A stretch of 248,000 bases of DNA from Andalucia godoyi And28 (GCA_009859145.1 VRVR01000022.1:20001-268000), one strand, 5' to 3'; numbered from the stretch's first letter, positions 169,103 through 181,745 are shown. A program made the numbers and translations. The notes: generated by a model not told the origin, from the letters alone.

Positions 169103-171418
169103 ATGGATGCTCGACTCGAACGTTCGTTTTCAGTTCCGAATAAGCTGTCGCTGCGTGTGCCTTCACATGTATCGCAACGAACAGCGTATATTCTGCCTTC
169201 TATAACATGTATGACATCATCGATCCAGAAGAGCTGCCTTTTTGCTGGTCGTTTGAATGGACAAATTGCAGTTTTTCGGTTTGATCCACTGAGCGGAGTG
169301 AATGTGGACGCGCCGTTTGTGACTCTGAATGGCCATGAAGCTCGCATTTCCACAATGTACTTCTCCGAGCAGTTCGGACTCTTGTTTACGGGGTCTGTGG
169401 ATGGATCGATTCGGGTATGGGACCCGTTTGTTCTCGATGCAAAGGATTTGTGCATTCAGGTCATTTCTTCGCATTCAAGGGCGATTTCAGGGCTTGCGGT
169501 CCACGAAGCAATGTTGGTCTCGAGCTCAATTGACGGCCGAGCGGTTGCGTATCAAACGGATACAAGGAAACGAGGAGCGTTAGTGTACCCGTGGTTCTAT
169601 GAAGTCCAGGTGATGGAAGGTAGGTTTGACGGATGGGTGTCTTCACTGGCAGCTTCCCCTGTTCGAAGAGTCGGAGAGGCCGCTGATCTGGTTGTCGGAA
169701 CGTCGGACGGAAAGCTCGTCCTCTTTGTTTCGGAGCCTGTTCCATTTGCCGACACTGGTATTTCATTTCGGTTCAATTATTTAAAGACGCACACGGACTT
169801 GCACAAGCTGGCGGTGACATTTGTGCTGTTGCTCATCAAGGAAAACATGATTGTTACGATTTGCAATGACAAGACCGTCCGCATCCTGGAGTCCATTTCT
169901 GGAAAACCGTTTTTCACGCTGCAGAATCCGCGGGGGAGGCTGTTTGTGCACTGCGATTGGAATGAGAATTCAAAAGAATTGCTGCTGTTGGACGACAGCG
170001 CGCATGTCGAGGTGTGGAAGTATGATATTGGGTCACTGATCTTCTCCAAGAAACTGAGCCATCTTCCTCTGCATGTTGTCAAGTGGTTTCCCGACGATGA
170101 CGATCGGTTTTTCGTTGGGGGAACTTTAGGAGTATCACAATATCGACTGTCACGTGAGGTCGGCGCGAAAAAGATGGAGGGCCACTCCGAAGGAATAATG
170201 TTCATCAAGCGACTGGATCTCGCTGTTCATGAACAAAGACTCTACACTGTCGGTCTCGATCGAAAGACCATCCAGTGGGTTGTGTTTGATGAAGGGCTGA
170301 ACCTGCTGAACACGCGGATGGAAACCAAGTCAGACATTACGGGGTTCCATTGCTGGGTTGTGGAGGACATGAGCATTTTTGTTGCAAAGGAGTTCCGTCA
170401 AAAAGAAGCAACATATGATGATGACATGTCCACGTCGACAAAGCGCCTGTTTGTCTTTTCCGGTCACGAGGATGGCACAATTCGCGCCCTGTTTGCCGGG
170501 AATGACCGCTCATTCGACATCAAAGCCCACCAGAACTCGGTTACGAGTATCGCAGGAGCGCTCAAGTACTGGAATGCACGTGATCGGCAGTTGGTACCGT
170601 GCCCCCATATTGCTTCCGTCGGCTATGATGGTTGTTTGGGATTCTGGAAGATTGAAATGTCGGGTGGGCTTCCGTACCTCGATTGTCTGGACTTTGTGCG
170701 CATTTCTGATTCAGAGTTGCTGACAGTCCTTGTCAATTCCTCCAACAATACGTACATTACTGGTGGTAACGACACAATTATTCGGGTGTTTTCCGCTCGG
170801 GGTCCCGAACTCCATCTTGTACACAAACTTGAAGGTCACGAAGGCCCCATCTCCGTGCTGGAGCGCGATGGAAATTTCCTGTTCAGTTCGGGCGTAGAAA
170901 AGTCAATCCTTGTGTGGGATTTGCACTCTGGAACATGCTTACGGAAGCTCTCTGGTCACACAGGAGAAATCACAGGTATTACAATGCTCGACTCGGTTGG
171001 GTTTTTGGTTTCTTGCTCCCTGGACGGCTCCCTGGCGAAGTGGCACTATCCGTCCGGAAGGCTTGTGAAGAAGTTCAATCGCCAAGAAAAGTTTACGTGC
171101 ATGGATTACGATTCAGCGTACAACGTCATGTACATTGGAACCGCCTCGGGGGCGCTTCTGCAAGTTGACTTGGAATCCGTGTCGGAGGTTGATGATAACG
171201 CTCCGATCATCCCGACATCCGAGAATTCGGCAAGACCGAGAACATCGTTTCAGCGTGTCAGTTTTGCGACAGCCCGAATGAAGTTGATGTCTGCAGCGTC
171301 TTCGGAGATCACGGATCGACGGTCCACAGTTTCCGGCAACGACTTGAATTCGTCTTCGATGGAGATTCGGCGGGGCTTAAATGTAAGGAGAACGATAACT
171401 CTCGCACCGGCAAACTAG
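169103..171418 (+). CDS. WD40-repeat protein
   Basis: Multiple GH..WD/WK repeats. Confidence 0.8.
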   Translation: MDARLERSFSVPNKLSLRVPSHVSQRTAYILPSITCMTSSIQKSCLFAGRLNGQIAVFRFDPLSGVNVDAPFVTLNGHEARISTMYFSEQFGLLFTGSVDGSIRVWDPFVLDAKDLCIQVISSHSRAISGLAVHEAMLVSSSIDGRAVAYQTDTRKRGALVYPWFYEVQVMEGRFDGWVSSLAASPVRRVGEAADLVVGTSDGKLVLFVSEPVPFADTGISFRFNYLKTHTDLHKLAVTFVLLLIKENMIVTICNDKTVRILESISGKPFFTLQNPRGRLFVHCDWNENSKELLLLDDSAHVEVWKYDIGSLIFSKKLSHLPLHVVKWFPDDDDRFFVGGTLGVSQYRLSREVGAKKMEGHSEGIMFIKRLDLAVHEQRLYTVGLDRKTIQWVVFDEGLNLLNTRMETKSDITGFHCWVVEDMSIFVAKEFRQKEATYDDDMSTSTKRLFVFSGHEDGTIRALFAGNDRSFDIKAHQNSVTSIAGALKYWNARDRQLVPCPHIASVGYDGCLGFWKIEMSGGLPYLDCLDFVRISDSELLTVLVNSSNNTYITGGNDTIIRVFSARGPELHLVHKLEGHEGPISVLERDGNFLFSSGVEKSILVWDLHSGTCLRKLSGHTGEITGITMLDSVGFLVSCSLDGSLAKWHYPSGRLVKKFNRQEKFTCMDYDSAYNVMYIGTASGALLQVDLESVSEVDDNAPIIPTSENSARPRTSFQRVSFATARMKLMSAASSEITDRRSTVSGNDLNSSSMEIRRGLNVRRTITLAPAN

Positions 171419-171659
171419 CTTGAGCAATTGTCTTTTGTTGTTTTCGGTGTCCCCACTCCTTCTCCTTTGTCATTTGTAATATCATTTTCTTGTTGCTGCA
171501 CTTCAATTCATTATTTGCACAGCAAGAACGTGTTGGAACGCGATCATTTGGCTAATCCACTTCATTCGCTGTATTGCTTAACTTTCAATAATTAAAAAAA
171601 AGGAAGAACAGCAACACATTGTATATCTTCAAACCGATGCATGCTGCCCTTGCCGATAC

Positions 171660-173309
171660 TCAATAGGCACGCCGAGAGTCTTCCTCCGGCTCGGGCGCCG
171701 GAGTGACTGACAGAGTCATCTTCTTTCCTTGGCGATTAATCTCGATCTGCAGAGGCTGGAAGTGGCTGTTCCCGGTGATTTCCATGACCTCTCCAGCCGT
171801 CCGAACTGGTTTCCCGTTAATGGACAGAATTAAATCCAGCGGACGGATGCCACCTGCATCCGCAGGACTACCTTCGATGACATCTGGAACAAAGACGCCT
171901 TCCGATAAGTCCACATTGCGATACCTGCGGTCCCACTGTCTCATCAAGTTTGAAACATACGGACTGATCGTAATCACAAACATTCCTGTGTAAGGCCGGA
172001 TAACACGTCCATACTTCTGCAACTGGTCCACAATCTCTTTCGCAGTCTTGATGGGAATCGCAAACGAGATGCCTGAAACATCGGCCTTCAATGAATTGAT
172101 TCCGATCACTTCTCCGTCCAAGTTGACCAACGGTCCTCCCGAGTTTCCCTGGTTGATCGGAGCATCCGTCTGAATAAACGTCGACAGCGGGCTCAGTCCC
172201 AGATCCGCACCCTTGCGCTCCACAGCAGACACAATGCCGTGCGTGACTGTGTTTGATAGCTGCAGAGGGCATCCCAATGCAACGACGAACTCGCCAACTC
172301 GCAACTTGTCCGAGTCGCCTGTCGAAACGCACCGCCGCAACAAAAACAAACGACACAAACCGAAGACAGAATAATAATAATAACAACAACAATAATAATA
172401 ATAAAAGATGAGTGATTAATAAGTCAAACCTCTGAGCTGTAGCCTGCATTCAAGAACAGCAATCACTTCAAGAAACGTACCGAGTTTCGCAACAGGTAGC
172501 GGATCTGTGGTGTCGACCTTGACCAACGCAACATCGGATCGCTCGTCCAGGGCAAGCACCCTTCCTTTGAACGACCGGCCATCCGTCAGTGCAACCGTCA
172601 ACTGGTGATTTCCAAAAATAAATAAATAATGATAATTAAAAATGCTCAGAACCGCAATCGAAAATAAAAACAGAACACAACAGATTGGATGTACAAGAGA
172701 TGAACTGAAAATCGCAAAAAGCAGAGAAGAAAAAACAAACGAAAACAGAACATACCTCCTTGTTCTTGTCCTTACTCTTTGAAGATGCAAAAGCTACAAC
172801 ATGAGCATTCGTGACAATGGTTCCATCCTTTCCCGCATGCAAAATCGCAGTTAGAGAGCTGGTTGTTGAATTTCAGAAAGCAAAAAGACGTTGATTCCTC
172901 CGCGATTCTTTCCAGCTGATGAGTACTGTGGCGAAAAAGATCATACTTCGGAGATGATGAACCCCGAACCCGATGCCTTGGACACAAACCACGCGAATTC
173001 CTGCTCGCTGGATATGCTCACAGTTGCGTCCTTTGCAATCGACACAGCATCTGCAATAAAGTATCTCGACAACGGGCGATCGGACGCGGATCCGCTTCTG
173101 CGGTCCGTATTTGCAGAGCCCTCAGGAACAATCATGTCCATCCCGAGCACACTGCTATCCGTATCAGGACGAAGAAGAGCAGCAGGATGGAACTGCACCG
173201 TACGCCCACTCTGCCATTGCCGATGATGGCAATACAATGCCCCTCCAAACGCCCCTGTGGCCAATGCGAGTCCAGCAATGCTCGCCGATTTCAACCACTT
173301 TCGAACCAT
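171660..173309 (-). CDS. HtrA2/DegP serine protease with PDZ domain, multi-exon
   Basis: [41 protein letters not shown]. Confidence 0.9.
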
Positions 173310-173611
173310 CACTCTCTCACCCAACGTTCCTCCGTGTTTTCCCACGCCTTTCCTAATCCCCACTAGACACAAATCAGCTGTCACGCCGATCACATGCGAC
173401 CACACACTCGGACGCAAAAAAAAACACATGCAGTCGTACAAAATGTCGGCGCAAATTAGGCAAGGGGTTCCAGTTTGGATTTGATGCTAGGATCCTACGA
173501 AGAGACGAGAACCTGCAGCATTCGAGTCTTTCGTCTTGGGTTTTTGGGCTTTTGAATTTTTCATTCTTATGTTTTCTTTTCCTCACCTCTTTCCTTTGCG
173601 GATTCAAGCAA

Positions 173612-175666
173612 ATGAACCGGTTTGCCGATGTCCGGATAGGAGTTCCGATTCCTGGAGTTGACTTGTCGTCTCCATTGTCTCTGGAGCCTTCATCCTTCCG
173701 AAGCATCTTATATCAAGGCGAAACATTGGATGTGCTCTTGTATCTTTTTCAGCCTCTTGGCTCTCCGCACAACTCGGCCTTTGCATCTCACGGATTCTCA
173801 ACGGATCCTACCGTTGCATCCTTTGTTGATCCTTCGCTTTGGAAGAAAAGAGCTCGCTTGCTAAGCATGGATCTGAAGCTTCTGTACTCGAAATCTGCTG
173901 CACATTCTGCACAAACCAACATGGCATCTGCAAATAACAACAATACGAACGCGAATGCAAATGCAAATGTAACTGCAAATGCGAATGGAATTGAACTTGT
174001 TGTTTCTCCGCTGGAGCGAATTCAACTGACCAATGCGCAATTATCCTCGGGCCCAATGGCGCTGAGTGGAGCTACCCCATCGATTGTGCCCGGCACGTCT
174101 GCGTCTCAGATTCTTGGACCGTCGGTGCAGAGAATACCTTTGCGCAACTGCGCTTCTTCGATCGTATTTGAGAGCAATCTGGCCGTCGTCTACTTGCTTC
174201 GCGCGTCTCTTTTGATTCCTGTATCGCTGTCGAACAAACCAATGTATCTCGTAGCGGGTGTGCATCCGTCGACACTGCCTTCTGCGAAGAATCTTGAGTT
174301 TGGGAAGGGCTCGGTAGAAAAATCGCTGAAACCTCGAAACTTCAGCATGCCTTCTTCTCTCAGCTCAAGTGCACTCATCTTGGACGGAACATCGTCGATG
174401 ATGGTTTCAGGAGAACATCCAGTGGTGCCTCCGACGCCCAGTGCCCCAGTTGTTCAAGATATGACCCACAGTAGTAGCAACAGTGGTGGCAGTGGTAGTG
174501 GGTCGACTAGTGACAGTCGCAGCAGTAGCAGTAGCGGCAACAGTCGGTATTTCGAGTCTGTGACGGTGCTGGATGATGCTACTCGGTCTCTGCTGACGTC
174601 CGTGTCCTATGCGATTCTTCCGGACTTGGATAGCGTGTCGTCGGTTGGATCTCCGTTGGTTGCAGAGTCGGATTGCTTTGGCCCCGTATACGTCTTGAAT
174701 CCACTGAACGTGCATTGGTTCCAGAAGCAGGTCGGAAAACAGACGATGATCTCCATTTCCGTGACACATTCAACATTTCGTGTTCGATCGCACCGTTCGT
174801 CAGCTGCACAATCGACTCCAGATGCAGATGGCGGCGGGGGTTCTGCCCTGGATTCCGGTTCTCCGGCATCGGATGCGTCGTTTTTGTCAGAAGTTGGAGA
174901 TGATGTGGATGCCGCCGCGGCTGCAAACAAGAGCATTGTGGATGATGTGGAGACGCGATCGCTGTTCATGATTGAGATTTCCGATGTGAAGCTGTTTGAT
175001 CCGTCTGTGTCTGCCATTGATGCAAAAGGTCTGCATGCTGCTGCGTTTGTGCCGATCCATCCTCGGTTCTCGTCAATCCTGTTGAAGCCAAACGAACAGT
175101 TTACCTTTGCGTTCTGGACTTCGCTGAGCGTCGACGATGCGTTGCTGCAGATTTCGTGGAAATCACACAACCCTCCATCGGATCCTGCACCCGCTTCCAC
175201 AGATTTTCTCGTTCATGAGCAGCTCTTGCGATGGAAGCCGAAGGATCCGTGTCCAATGGAGATTGTGTTGAGTCCGCTTGCTCCCGTTGCAAAAGTCGGA
175301 GATGAATTCACCGTCAGCGGAGTCTTTGCAAACCGTGGTGGGTTCGATGCTGATGTCGTTATCCATGTCGGTCCGCCGGCTGTCGCAAACTTACCAGCTT
175401 CCAGCACTCTTTCTTCCGCTCTTTCGTGTCATGCCCAGATCGACTCGGTGCGGTTCTTGCCAAAGCAAATTGCTACTTGCAGAGAGCGGACGATTTCTCT
175501 GGGCAAGGTCGTGAATCATGGAATTGCGTCGTTTTGTCTTTCTTACTCGTTCCATTTGCCAGGACTCGTGTTGCCGCCTTCGTTTATCGTCGAAGACAGG
175601 TATTCTGGTGCAAAGTTCACTGTTTTGCCGAGGTCGGATCTCGATTGTCTGGTGTACGTCGAATGA
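173612..175666 (+). CDS. TRAPPC14/C7orf43-like protein (tentative)
   Basis: N-terminal P.P..LYQGETLDVLL resembles TRAPPC14; Ig-like C-terminus. Confidence 0.45.
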   Translation: MNRFADVRIGVPIPGVDLSSPLSLEPSSFRSILYQGETLDVLLYLFQPLGSPHNSAFASHGFSTDPTVASFVDPSLWKKRARLLSMDLKLLYSKSAAHSAQTNMASANNNNTNANANANVTANANGIELVVSPLERIQLTNAQLSSGPMALSGATPSIVPGTSASQILGPSVQRIPLRNCASSIVFESNLAVVYLLRASLLIPVSLSNKPMYLVAGVHPSTLPSAKNLEFGKGSVEKSLKPRNFSMPSSLSSSALILDGTSSMMVSGEHPVVPPTPSAPVVQDMTHSSSNSGGSGSGSTSDSRSSSSSGNSRYFESVTVLDDATRSLLTSVSYAILPDLDSVSSVGSPLVAESDCFGPVYVLNPLNVHWFQKQVGKQTMISISVTHSTFRVRSHRSSAAQSTPDADGGGGSALDSGSPASDASFLSEVGDDVDAAAAANKSIVDDVETRSLFMIEISDVKLFDPSVSAIDAKGLHAAAFVPIHPRFSSILLKPNEQFTFAFWTSLSVDDALLQISWKSHNPPSDPAPASTDFLVHEQLLRWKPKDPCPMEIVLSPLAPVAKVGDEFTVSGVFANRGGFDADVVIHVGPPAVANLPASSTLSSALSCHAQIDSVRFLPKQIATCRERTISLGKVVNHGIASFCLSYSFHLPGLVLPPSFIVEDRYSGAKFTVLPRSDLDCLVYVE

Positions 175667-176248
175667 GATTTTTTCTTTTTCTTTTTCCCTCCTCCCCCTT
175701 TTCTTCTCTCTTCTTGGGTTGAAAAAATATATTTATTTATTTACTACCATTGTCTTCATGTTCTTTTTATATTTATATTTATTATTATTATTATTTCCAT
175801 TTTTAAAATAAATATTCTATTCCCTCTTTCTTTCTTCTTTTTTCTTGCCACACAAACTAGTGAGTCACATCTGTTTTCGTTCAGCTTCTTGTTGTTTTCA
175901 CCCGTTCCCTGTGCTTGGCAGTCGGGGAACAAATGATGACTTCCAGCGACTGTAAAAAAAACAAAAGCACACTTGGTTAACAAAAGATTTCGTTAGCGAA
176001 ATGAAATGAGAGACAGGGAGGAAACCGAGAGGGACAAAAAACTAGTAACCCTAGTTTGCATGTGCTTTGCTATTTTCCAGCTATCAGCTTCTGGCAAACC
176101 CTAGGTTTCGTCGGCGATGTATGTTGTCATTTTGCTGATTTCCCTAATTTTCCCCAATTTTTTCCAGTTTCCTCCTTTCTTCCTTTTATCTCTCCCCCTT
176201 TTTCCCCTTGTGGTTCGTTTCTATTGTTGGGTTCACCGATTTATCAAT

Positions 176249-176980
176249 ATGGCACCGACTGTTGCAGCCCCCGTCCCCGAGACTGTCCTCAAGGCCCGCA
176301 AGACCCGTGAGGCCAACGCCGCCGCCTCTCTCCAGGCCAAGGCATCTGCCGCAAAGAAGCGCTCTGTTCAGCGCCGCGTTGCATTTGTCAACGCCGAGCG
176401 GTACCTGAAGCAGCACAAGCAGCAGGAAGCTGACGCCATCCGTGCCCGCCGTGTTGCACGCGCTGCCGGAAACTTTTTCCGTGAGCCCGAGGCCAAGCTT
176501 GCCTTTGTCATCCGTATCCGTGGTATCAACGGAGTCAGTCCTCGCGTGAAGAAGATCCTCCAGCTTCTCCGCCTTCGCCAGATCAACAACGGAGTCTTTG
176601 TCAAGCTGAACAAGGCCACCATCAGCATGCTCAAGCTTGTTGAGCCGTTCGTTGCATACGGATACCCCAACCTGAAGTCCGTCCGCGAGCTCGTCTTGAA
176701 GCGTGGTTTTGCCAAGGTTAACCGCAACCGTATCCCCATCACTGACAATGCCATTGTTGAGCAGTCTCTTGGACAGCAGGGAATCATCTGCGTTGAAGAT
176801 CTGATCCACGAGATCTACACCGTCGGACCCAACTTCCAAAAGGCAAACAACTTCCTCTGGCCGTTCAAGCTGGACTCGCCCAACGGTGGTCTCCGCAGAA
176901 AGGCTGTCCACTTCATCGAGGGAGGTGACGGTGGAAACCGAGAGACCCTCATCAACAAGATGATCCGCCAGATGCTTTAA
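176249..176980 (+). CDS. RPL7: 60S ribosomal protein L7 (uL30)
   Basis: [39 protein letters not shown]. Confidence 0.97.
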   Translation: MAPTVAAPVPETVLKARKTREANAAASLQAKASAAKKRSVQRRVAFVNAERYLKQHKQQEADAIRARRVARAAGNFFREPEAKLAFVIRIRGINGVSPRVKKILQLLRLRQINNGVFVKLNKATISMLKLVEPFVAYGYPNLKSVRELVLKRGFAKVNRNRIPITDNAIVEQSLGQQGIICVEDLIHEIYTVGPNFQKANNFLWPFKLDSPNGGLRRKAVHFIEGGDGGNRETLINKMIRQML

Positions 176981-177307
176981 AGTGAACAGAGTGATAAAAA
177001 TTTGGAATCCGAGTTGTGTGTCCTACGTAGAGTAAGTAAAACGAGAGAAGAAAAAAATAGACTGCATTAAAAAAAAATATAATAGCAACAATAAAACCAT
177101 CGTTTTCTTTGGTCGTCGTCTCCTCTGCTTCATTCAATTTTTCGTTTCTCTCTGTATTTTATTATCTTCTTCATCAGCTTGTCCGCGTCTCTGTCGCTTT
177201 CACTCACGTTTCCGATTAGCATTTAATTAAAAAGGGAAGGGGGAAAAAGAAGAAAGAAGAAGAAAAGAAAGGACGAAAAAAGGGTTTCTTGTTTCCAGGG
177301 CGGATTC

Positions 177308-179704
177308 ATGAAGCATTTTGCAATTGTGAGTGAGGGAGGCTACACCTTCTTCCACGACTGTCCAAACGACATGCCGCTGTTGGCATTCTCGATGACCCAG
177401 GAACATGCATTTGAATGCATGAACCAGTATGCTCGGTCGGTTCGTTGCGGAGATACTCTGTTTGTATCTGAAAAGTTTGAATCGTTTCATTATGTTGCTG
177501 TGAGCGATGAAGGCGATTCCGAGCTTTCACTTCGACGAAAACTGCAATTTCTGAGAGACTTGGTTGCGTTTTATGTCCACTGTCCGCCCGACGCTGCAGG
177601 AGAACCTCTTTATGGAAAGACGTTTGCAGCGTATCGGTCTCTGACTGAGCATCGGTTCAGTGCTGTGCTGGATGCCGTCGAAGTCTTGTCAATTAATTCT
177701 GGAATCAAGACTATGATTGAGACAATGCTTGGCGACTCTCTCTTTGCTGCGCGATCGATTACGCACGGGCTTCTTTTTGTGGGAAATAAGCTTGCAGTCA
177801 ACTGGAATCGACGTCCCGTCGCTCGGCAACGATCCAATGTGATACCAGCGCTGACACACGGAGACGTCCTGTTGCTGATGATGCATTCCCTGTGTTCATT
177901 TGACTGCGATCTCGGTAACGACGTGTTGGTTTCGGAAACTACGTTGGCGAAACTCCTAGCAGACAAGGAGCCGCAAATCGCCAGAGAAGAAACAGCTGCG
178001 CCAACAGCAACAGCAGCAGCTGCAGCAGCAGAAGTAGAGGGTGATTTGCAGATGCAGCAGGAGCTCTCAAAGGCGGAACAGCCGCAAGCAGAAGGTTTGT
178101 TTAAAACAGACAGTGCTTCAGAAGACGTTCCTGCCGAGTTGCAGAGTCCCGCTGCTGGTGCTGGAGAAGACGGTGAGTTCGAAAGAAAAGGATCAGATCG
178201 ACGCGATGGAAAAGAATTGATGAGGAGGCATAGTTCAAAGAGGAAAGCAGCGTCTCCGAGCAATGGTAGCGCTGGTGCAGCTCATGAAGACGAAATGTCA
178301 GATGTTACAGATGACTATGTTTCTTGTTTTGGAGATTTGGACGGGGAGCTCCTTTCCCCGCTGCCCGAGCATCGAGAGGACCGCTGTTTTGGAACGGATG
178401 ACATCCTCATGGCCCAAACGTTTCTTCGGAGCATTTCATTGTACAATGGCGAGTTGTCCGGGGTTTGGAACAGCGAAAGCTGCCAATCGCTGCAAGAGTA
178501 TCAGAAATCTCAGGGGCTTCCAACAACCAACCAGCTGGATTCTGCGGTGATGTCCATTATCACAAGACACATGTACAGCGACTATGGTACCGTGGAGGGC
178601 GACGAGGGTGCGTATCATACGCCCTCTGCATCTCTTCGATACGTATCTGGGTCTCATCGTGGCTCGAAACGCATGGGGTCATCGCTTCGGAAGCGCTCCA
178701 CTGTTTCGCTGACAAGGAAGTCCTCGCAAGGCAGCTTCGATTCCGCATCGCCGCCTCCGCCGGGTGTTGCAATTCAGCTGAGCTCTGCTGCTTCGCTTTC
178801 GTCTTCCACATCTTCCACATCTCCGTCTTCCGTCTCGCCTCCTCTCAAAGGATCGAGCTCCAATGAAGGCTACGGCGAGCAGTTAGAGGCGCCGAGTTCT
178901 CGGGAACCGATTCCCTCACCATCGGTGACGGATACGCCCAAGACTCGCGCTTCTGTGGTTTTGCAATCCTTTGGAGATCGTCCCTCGCTGATCTGCTGTT
179001 ACAAACTTGGCGACAATACGGTACTGGTACTTGTGTGCAGCAGTCTAACTGCGGCAGCTTGGGAAGACGTTCCTGAGGATGCCGTGCAGGAAATTGATCG
179101 CTCTGTGGAGCATCTTCGCAACCAGATCAGTGAATATATGAGTTTTCTTGAAACTTGCGAGAAGACGCACGTCCGAATGATGTCGTATTTGCACGAATGC
179201 CCGGGAATGATCCATTTTCTTTACTGCGACCGGACGCACAACTACACTGTATCACCAGCAATTTCCTCTCTGTTGGCGAAGAACGGGAGCGCAGAAGCGG
179301 AAATAGCACATCTCAAGTGGTTGCGAACTTGCGTCCACCGCATGGTCGAATGGGGAGTGAAGCTCCTGTGGGATGGCCAGACGTTTGGATTAATCCGCCT
179401 TACTGGTGGCTCTCACTCCGTGGATCTGCAGATCGGATATCAATTCTGGATTGAAGATGAGAACCACGAGCATGTCATGCCTGAAGTTCCGCTCAAGGAT
179501 CTCCGTGGCTTGTTGTGTTCGGTATCGAACTTCTCCAACGGGGAGCTTGTCAGGAGGCTGTTTCCTTCCGTGTCTGACAAGCGTCGCAATCTGTTCACAG
179601 TTCATGAGTTCTTTTCTTTATGGCTCGGTTTCATTGACCAAGAAATGGTTCACCAAGTTTCATCATCATTGCAAAACAAGTTCCGGTTCTCCGTGATGCG
179701 TTAA
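177308..179704 (+). CDS. HPS1: HPS1-like longin (BLOC-3) protein
   Basis: PGMIHFLYCDR..SP; longin-like N-terminus; HEFFSLW. Confidence 0.65.
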   Translation: MKHFAIVSEGGYTFFHDCPNDMPLLAFSMTQEHAFECMNQYARSVRCGDTLFVSEKFESFHYVAVSDEGDSELSLRRKLQFLRDLVAFYVHCPPDAAGEPLYGKTFAAYRSLTEHRFSAVLDAVEVLSINSGIKTMIETMLGDSLFAARSITHGLLFVGNKLAVNWNRRPVARQRSNVIPALTHGDVLLLMMHSLCSFDCDLGNDVLVSETTLAKLLADKEPQIAREETAAPTATAAAAAAEVEGDLQMQQELSKAEQPQAEGLFKTDSASEDVPAELQSPAAGAGEDGEFERKGSDRRDGKELMRRHSSKRKAASPSNGSAGAAHEDEMSDVTDDYVSCFGDLDGELLSPLPEHREDRCFGTDDILMAQTFLRSISLYNGELSGVWNSESCQSLQEYQKSQGLPTTNQLDSAVMSIITRHMYSDYGTVEGDEGAYHTPSASLRYVSGSHRGSKRMGSSLRKRSTVSLTRKSSQGSFDSASPPPPGVAIQLSSAASLSSSTSSTSPSSVSPPLKGSSSNEGYGEQLEAPSSREPIPSPSVTDTPKTRASVVLQSFGDRPSLICCYKLGDNTVLVLVCSSLTAAAWEDVPEDAVQEIDRSVEHLRNQISEYMSFLETCEKTHVRMMSYLHECPGMIHFLYCDRTHNYTVSPAISSLLAKNGSAEAEIAHLKWLRTCVHRMVEWGVKLLWDGQTFGLIRLTGGSHSVDLQIGYQFWIEDENHEHVMPEVPLKDLRGLLCSVSNFSNGELVRRLFPSVSDKRRNLFTVHEFFSLWLGFIDQEMVHQVSSSLQNKFRFSVMR

Positions 179705-179920
179705 CCGTGTGCACGGAGGAGGGGTTTGTATATTTATGACTACTATCATAACAATTAGTATTTGCATCGTTCCTAATTAAATCATCAAAAATAATAATAA
179801 TTATTATTATAATACGTTATAATTAAATTTAAATTTAAATTTAATAATAATAATAAAAAATAGAAAAAGAAGAGAAGAAGAATAGAAAAAACGAGTGCAG
179901 CAAAAGAAGCATTACCTGCT

Positions 179921-181453
179921 TCATGCGACCTTGCTCTTTAGAGATTTGAATGCAGTCAAGCATCGGTCCCGTGCAAACACATGGTCAACCATCGGTTTCC
180001 CAAGATACCCCAAGGCCTCCAGTTGCGGAGCTGATCGATGCTTCCAAGGCTCATGGAGTTCCTTTGGAGGAACAGATTGCAGTTCGGGCACGTACTTTTT
180101 GATGAACACACCATCGGCATCGAATTTCTCCGATTGCGTGACAGGGTTGAAGATTCGAAAGTACGGCTGAGAGTCAGTGCCCGTCGAAGATGACCACTGC
180201 CACCCGCCGCTGTTCGACGCCTGGTCTCCGTCAATCAAGTGCTTTTTGAAGAACCTCTCGCCCCACCGCCAGTCGATCAGCAAATGCTTCGTCAAGAACA
180301 TGGCCACCACCATCCGAAGGCGATTGTGCATCCAGCCCGTCTGCTTGAGTTGCCGCATTGCCGCGTCTACAATGGGGTACCCAGTCCGTCCGTCGCACCA
180401 CGCCTTGAAGTCGTTCTTGTCGTACCGCCACTGGACCTTGTCCATGTCGACACGGAACGCCTGATTCATGCATGTCCGAGGGAATGCAACAAGAATGTTT
180501 CGGTAAAAGTCTCTCCAGCACAGTTCCGAGATCCAAGTGACACAGCCACCGTTTCCGAACTCCCAGCGGTTCTTGTTCAAAGACAACGCTTGTGCCAAGC
180601 ACTGCCGCGCAGAAATAACACCACTTGCAAGGTACGGTGACAATGACGAGGTTCCGTTCACGGATGGAAAATTCCTCTTTTCATCATACGCTGTCAAGCG
180701 ATGTTTCGCAAACTGATCCAGCAGCTGCTGTGCGTGGTCCTCTCCAGCTTCCCATAGCTGACGGATACTGGCTGACACGGACTCTGTATGAGATCCCAGA
180801 TCGGATGGGATGTCTGAAGATTGGACCGATGCTCGGAAAGGATTGCCAACAAGCGGGTGGGGAACCGGATTCACAGTGGTGAGTTCCGGATTTTCGGATA
180901 AATGCCGGTACCACGATTTTCGAAATGGCGAAAACATTGTGTATGTTTTCCCTTCTTTGGTGAACAACGACGTCGGTGGAACGATGCACTGATCATGGTA
181001 CTGGTGGATGGCAATGCCTTTTCCATTGCAAAGCCTCGCCAACTCTTCGTCCCGTCTCAATTCGTCAACTTCGTATTCAATGTTGAGACACACATGCTTG
181101 ATTCCATGCTGCATGCATAAACGAAGAACAGCATCTGGGATTCCTGCACGACTTTCAAAGCGCTGCACCACCAGTGGAATGTGCAGTTTCTGCAGAGAAT
181201 TTTTCAGCACTTTGAGATTCCGAAGCCAGAAATCAATCTTCACGGGTGCTTCGTCGTGCAACACAAAGTCCTCTTCGCTTATGACAAAGAGTGCAAGTAG
181301 CCCATGCGACCCTGCATATTGCACAGCATGGTGGAGAGCTCGGTTATCACACACTCTCAAGTCAGTTCGGAACCACAGGAGCGTCGGACCTGCATGCTGA
181401 TCAACAAGCTCAAGTTTTGCTCTTTTCGCTGGTGGTGCATGTGACTCTTCCAT
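179921..181453 (-). CDS. Class I CPD photolyase/cryptochrome
   Basis: WFRTDLRVCDN, TSSLSPYLASG, ELCWRDFY, TGYPIVDAAMRQL..GWMHNRLRM. Confidence 0.92.
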   Translation of the reverse strand: MEESHAPPAKRAKLELVDQHAGPTLLWFRTDLRVCDNRALHHAVQYAGSHGLLALFVISEEDFVLHDEAPVKIDFWLRNLKVLKNSLQKLHIPLVVQRFESRAGIPDAVLRLCMQHGIKHVCLNIEYEVDELRRDEELARLCNGKGIAIHQYHDQCIVPPTSLFTKEGKTYTMFSPFRKSWYRHLSENPELTTVNPVPHPLVGNPFRASVQSSDIPSDLGSHTESVSASIRQLWEAGEDHAQQLLDQFAKHRLTAYDEKRNFPSVNGTSSLSPYLASGVISARQCLAQALSLNKNRWEFGNGGCVTWISELCWRDFYRNILVAFPRTCMNQAFRVDMDKVQWRYDKNDFKAWCDGRTGYPIVDAAMRQLKQTGWMHNRLRMVVAMFLTKHLLIDWRWGERFFKKHLIDGDQASNSGGWQWSSSTGTDSQPYFRIFNPVTQSEKFDADGVFIKKYVPELQSVPPKELHEPWKHRSAPQLEALGYLGKPMVDHVFARDRCLTAFKSLKSKVA

Positions 181454-181745
181454 ATCTGCTGTCCGTGCGTGTTTTTCCTTCCCGCACCCTTCAGAAACTC
181501 TGACAGAGCTGCAAAGCACGATCGTTGCAGCGCTTGAGAAATCGTTCTGCGAGATCCGGAGAAAACGGGCTTGTCTGTCAGAAACCTCCAATATTTCCTC
181601 TCTTTTGTAGTTCAGAGCGTCGATTTTGTAAAATTTCCAAATATTAATTCATTTACAGTATTTTCTATCCGTTTTCTTCAAACTGTCGTCATTTTTGTTT
181701 TCGTCAGTTTTAATCCATAAAAGCGGAACTGTCAGCTGACTGAGG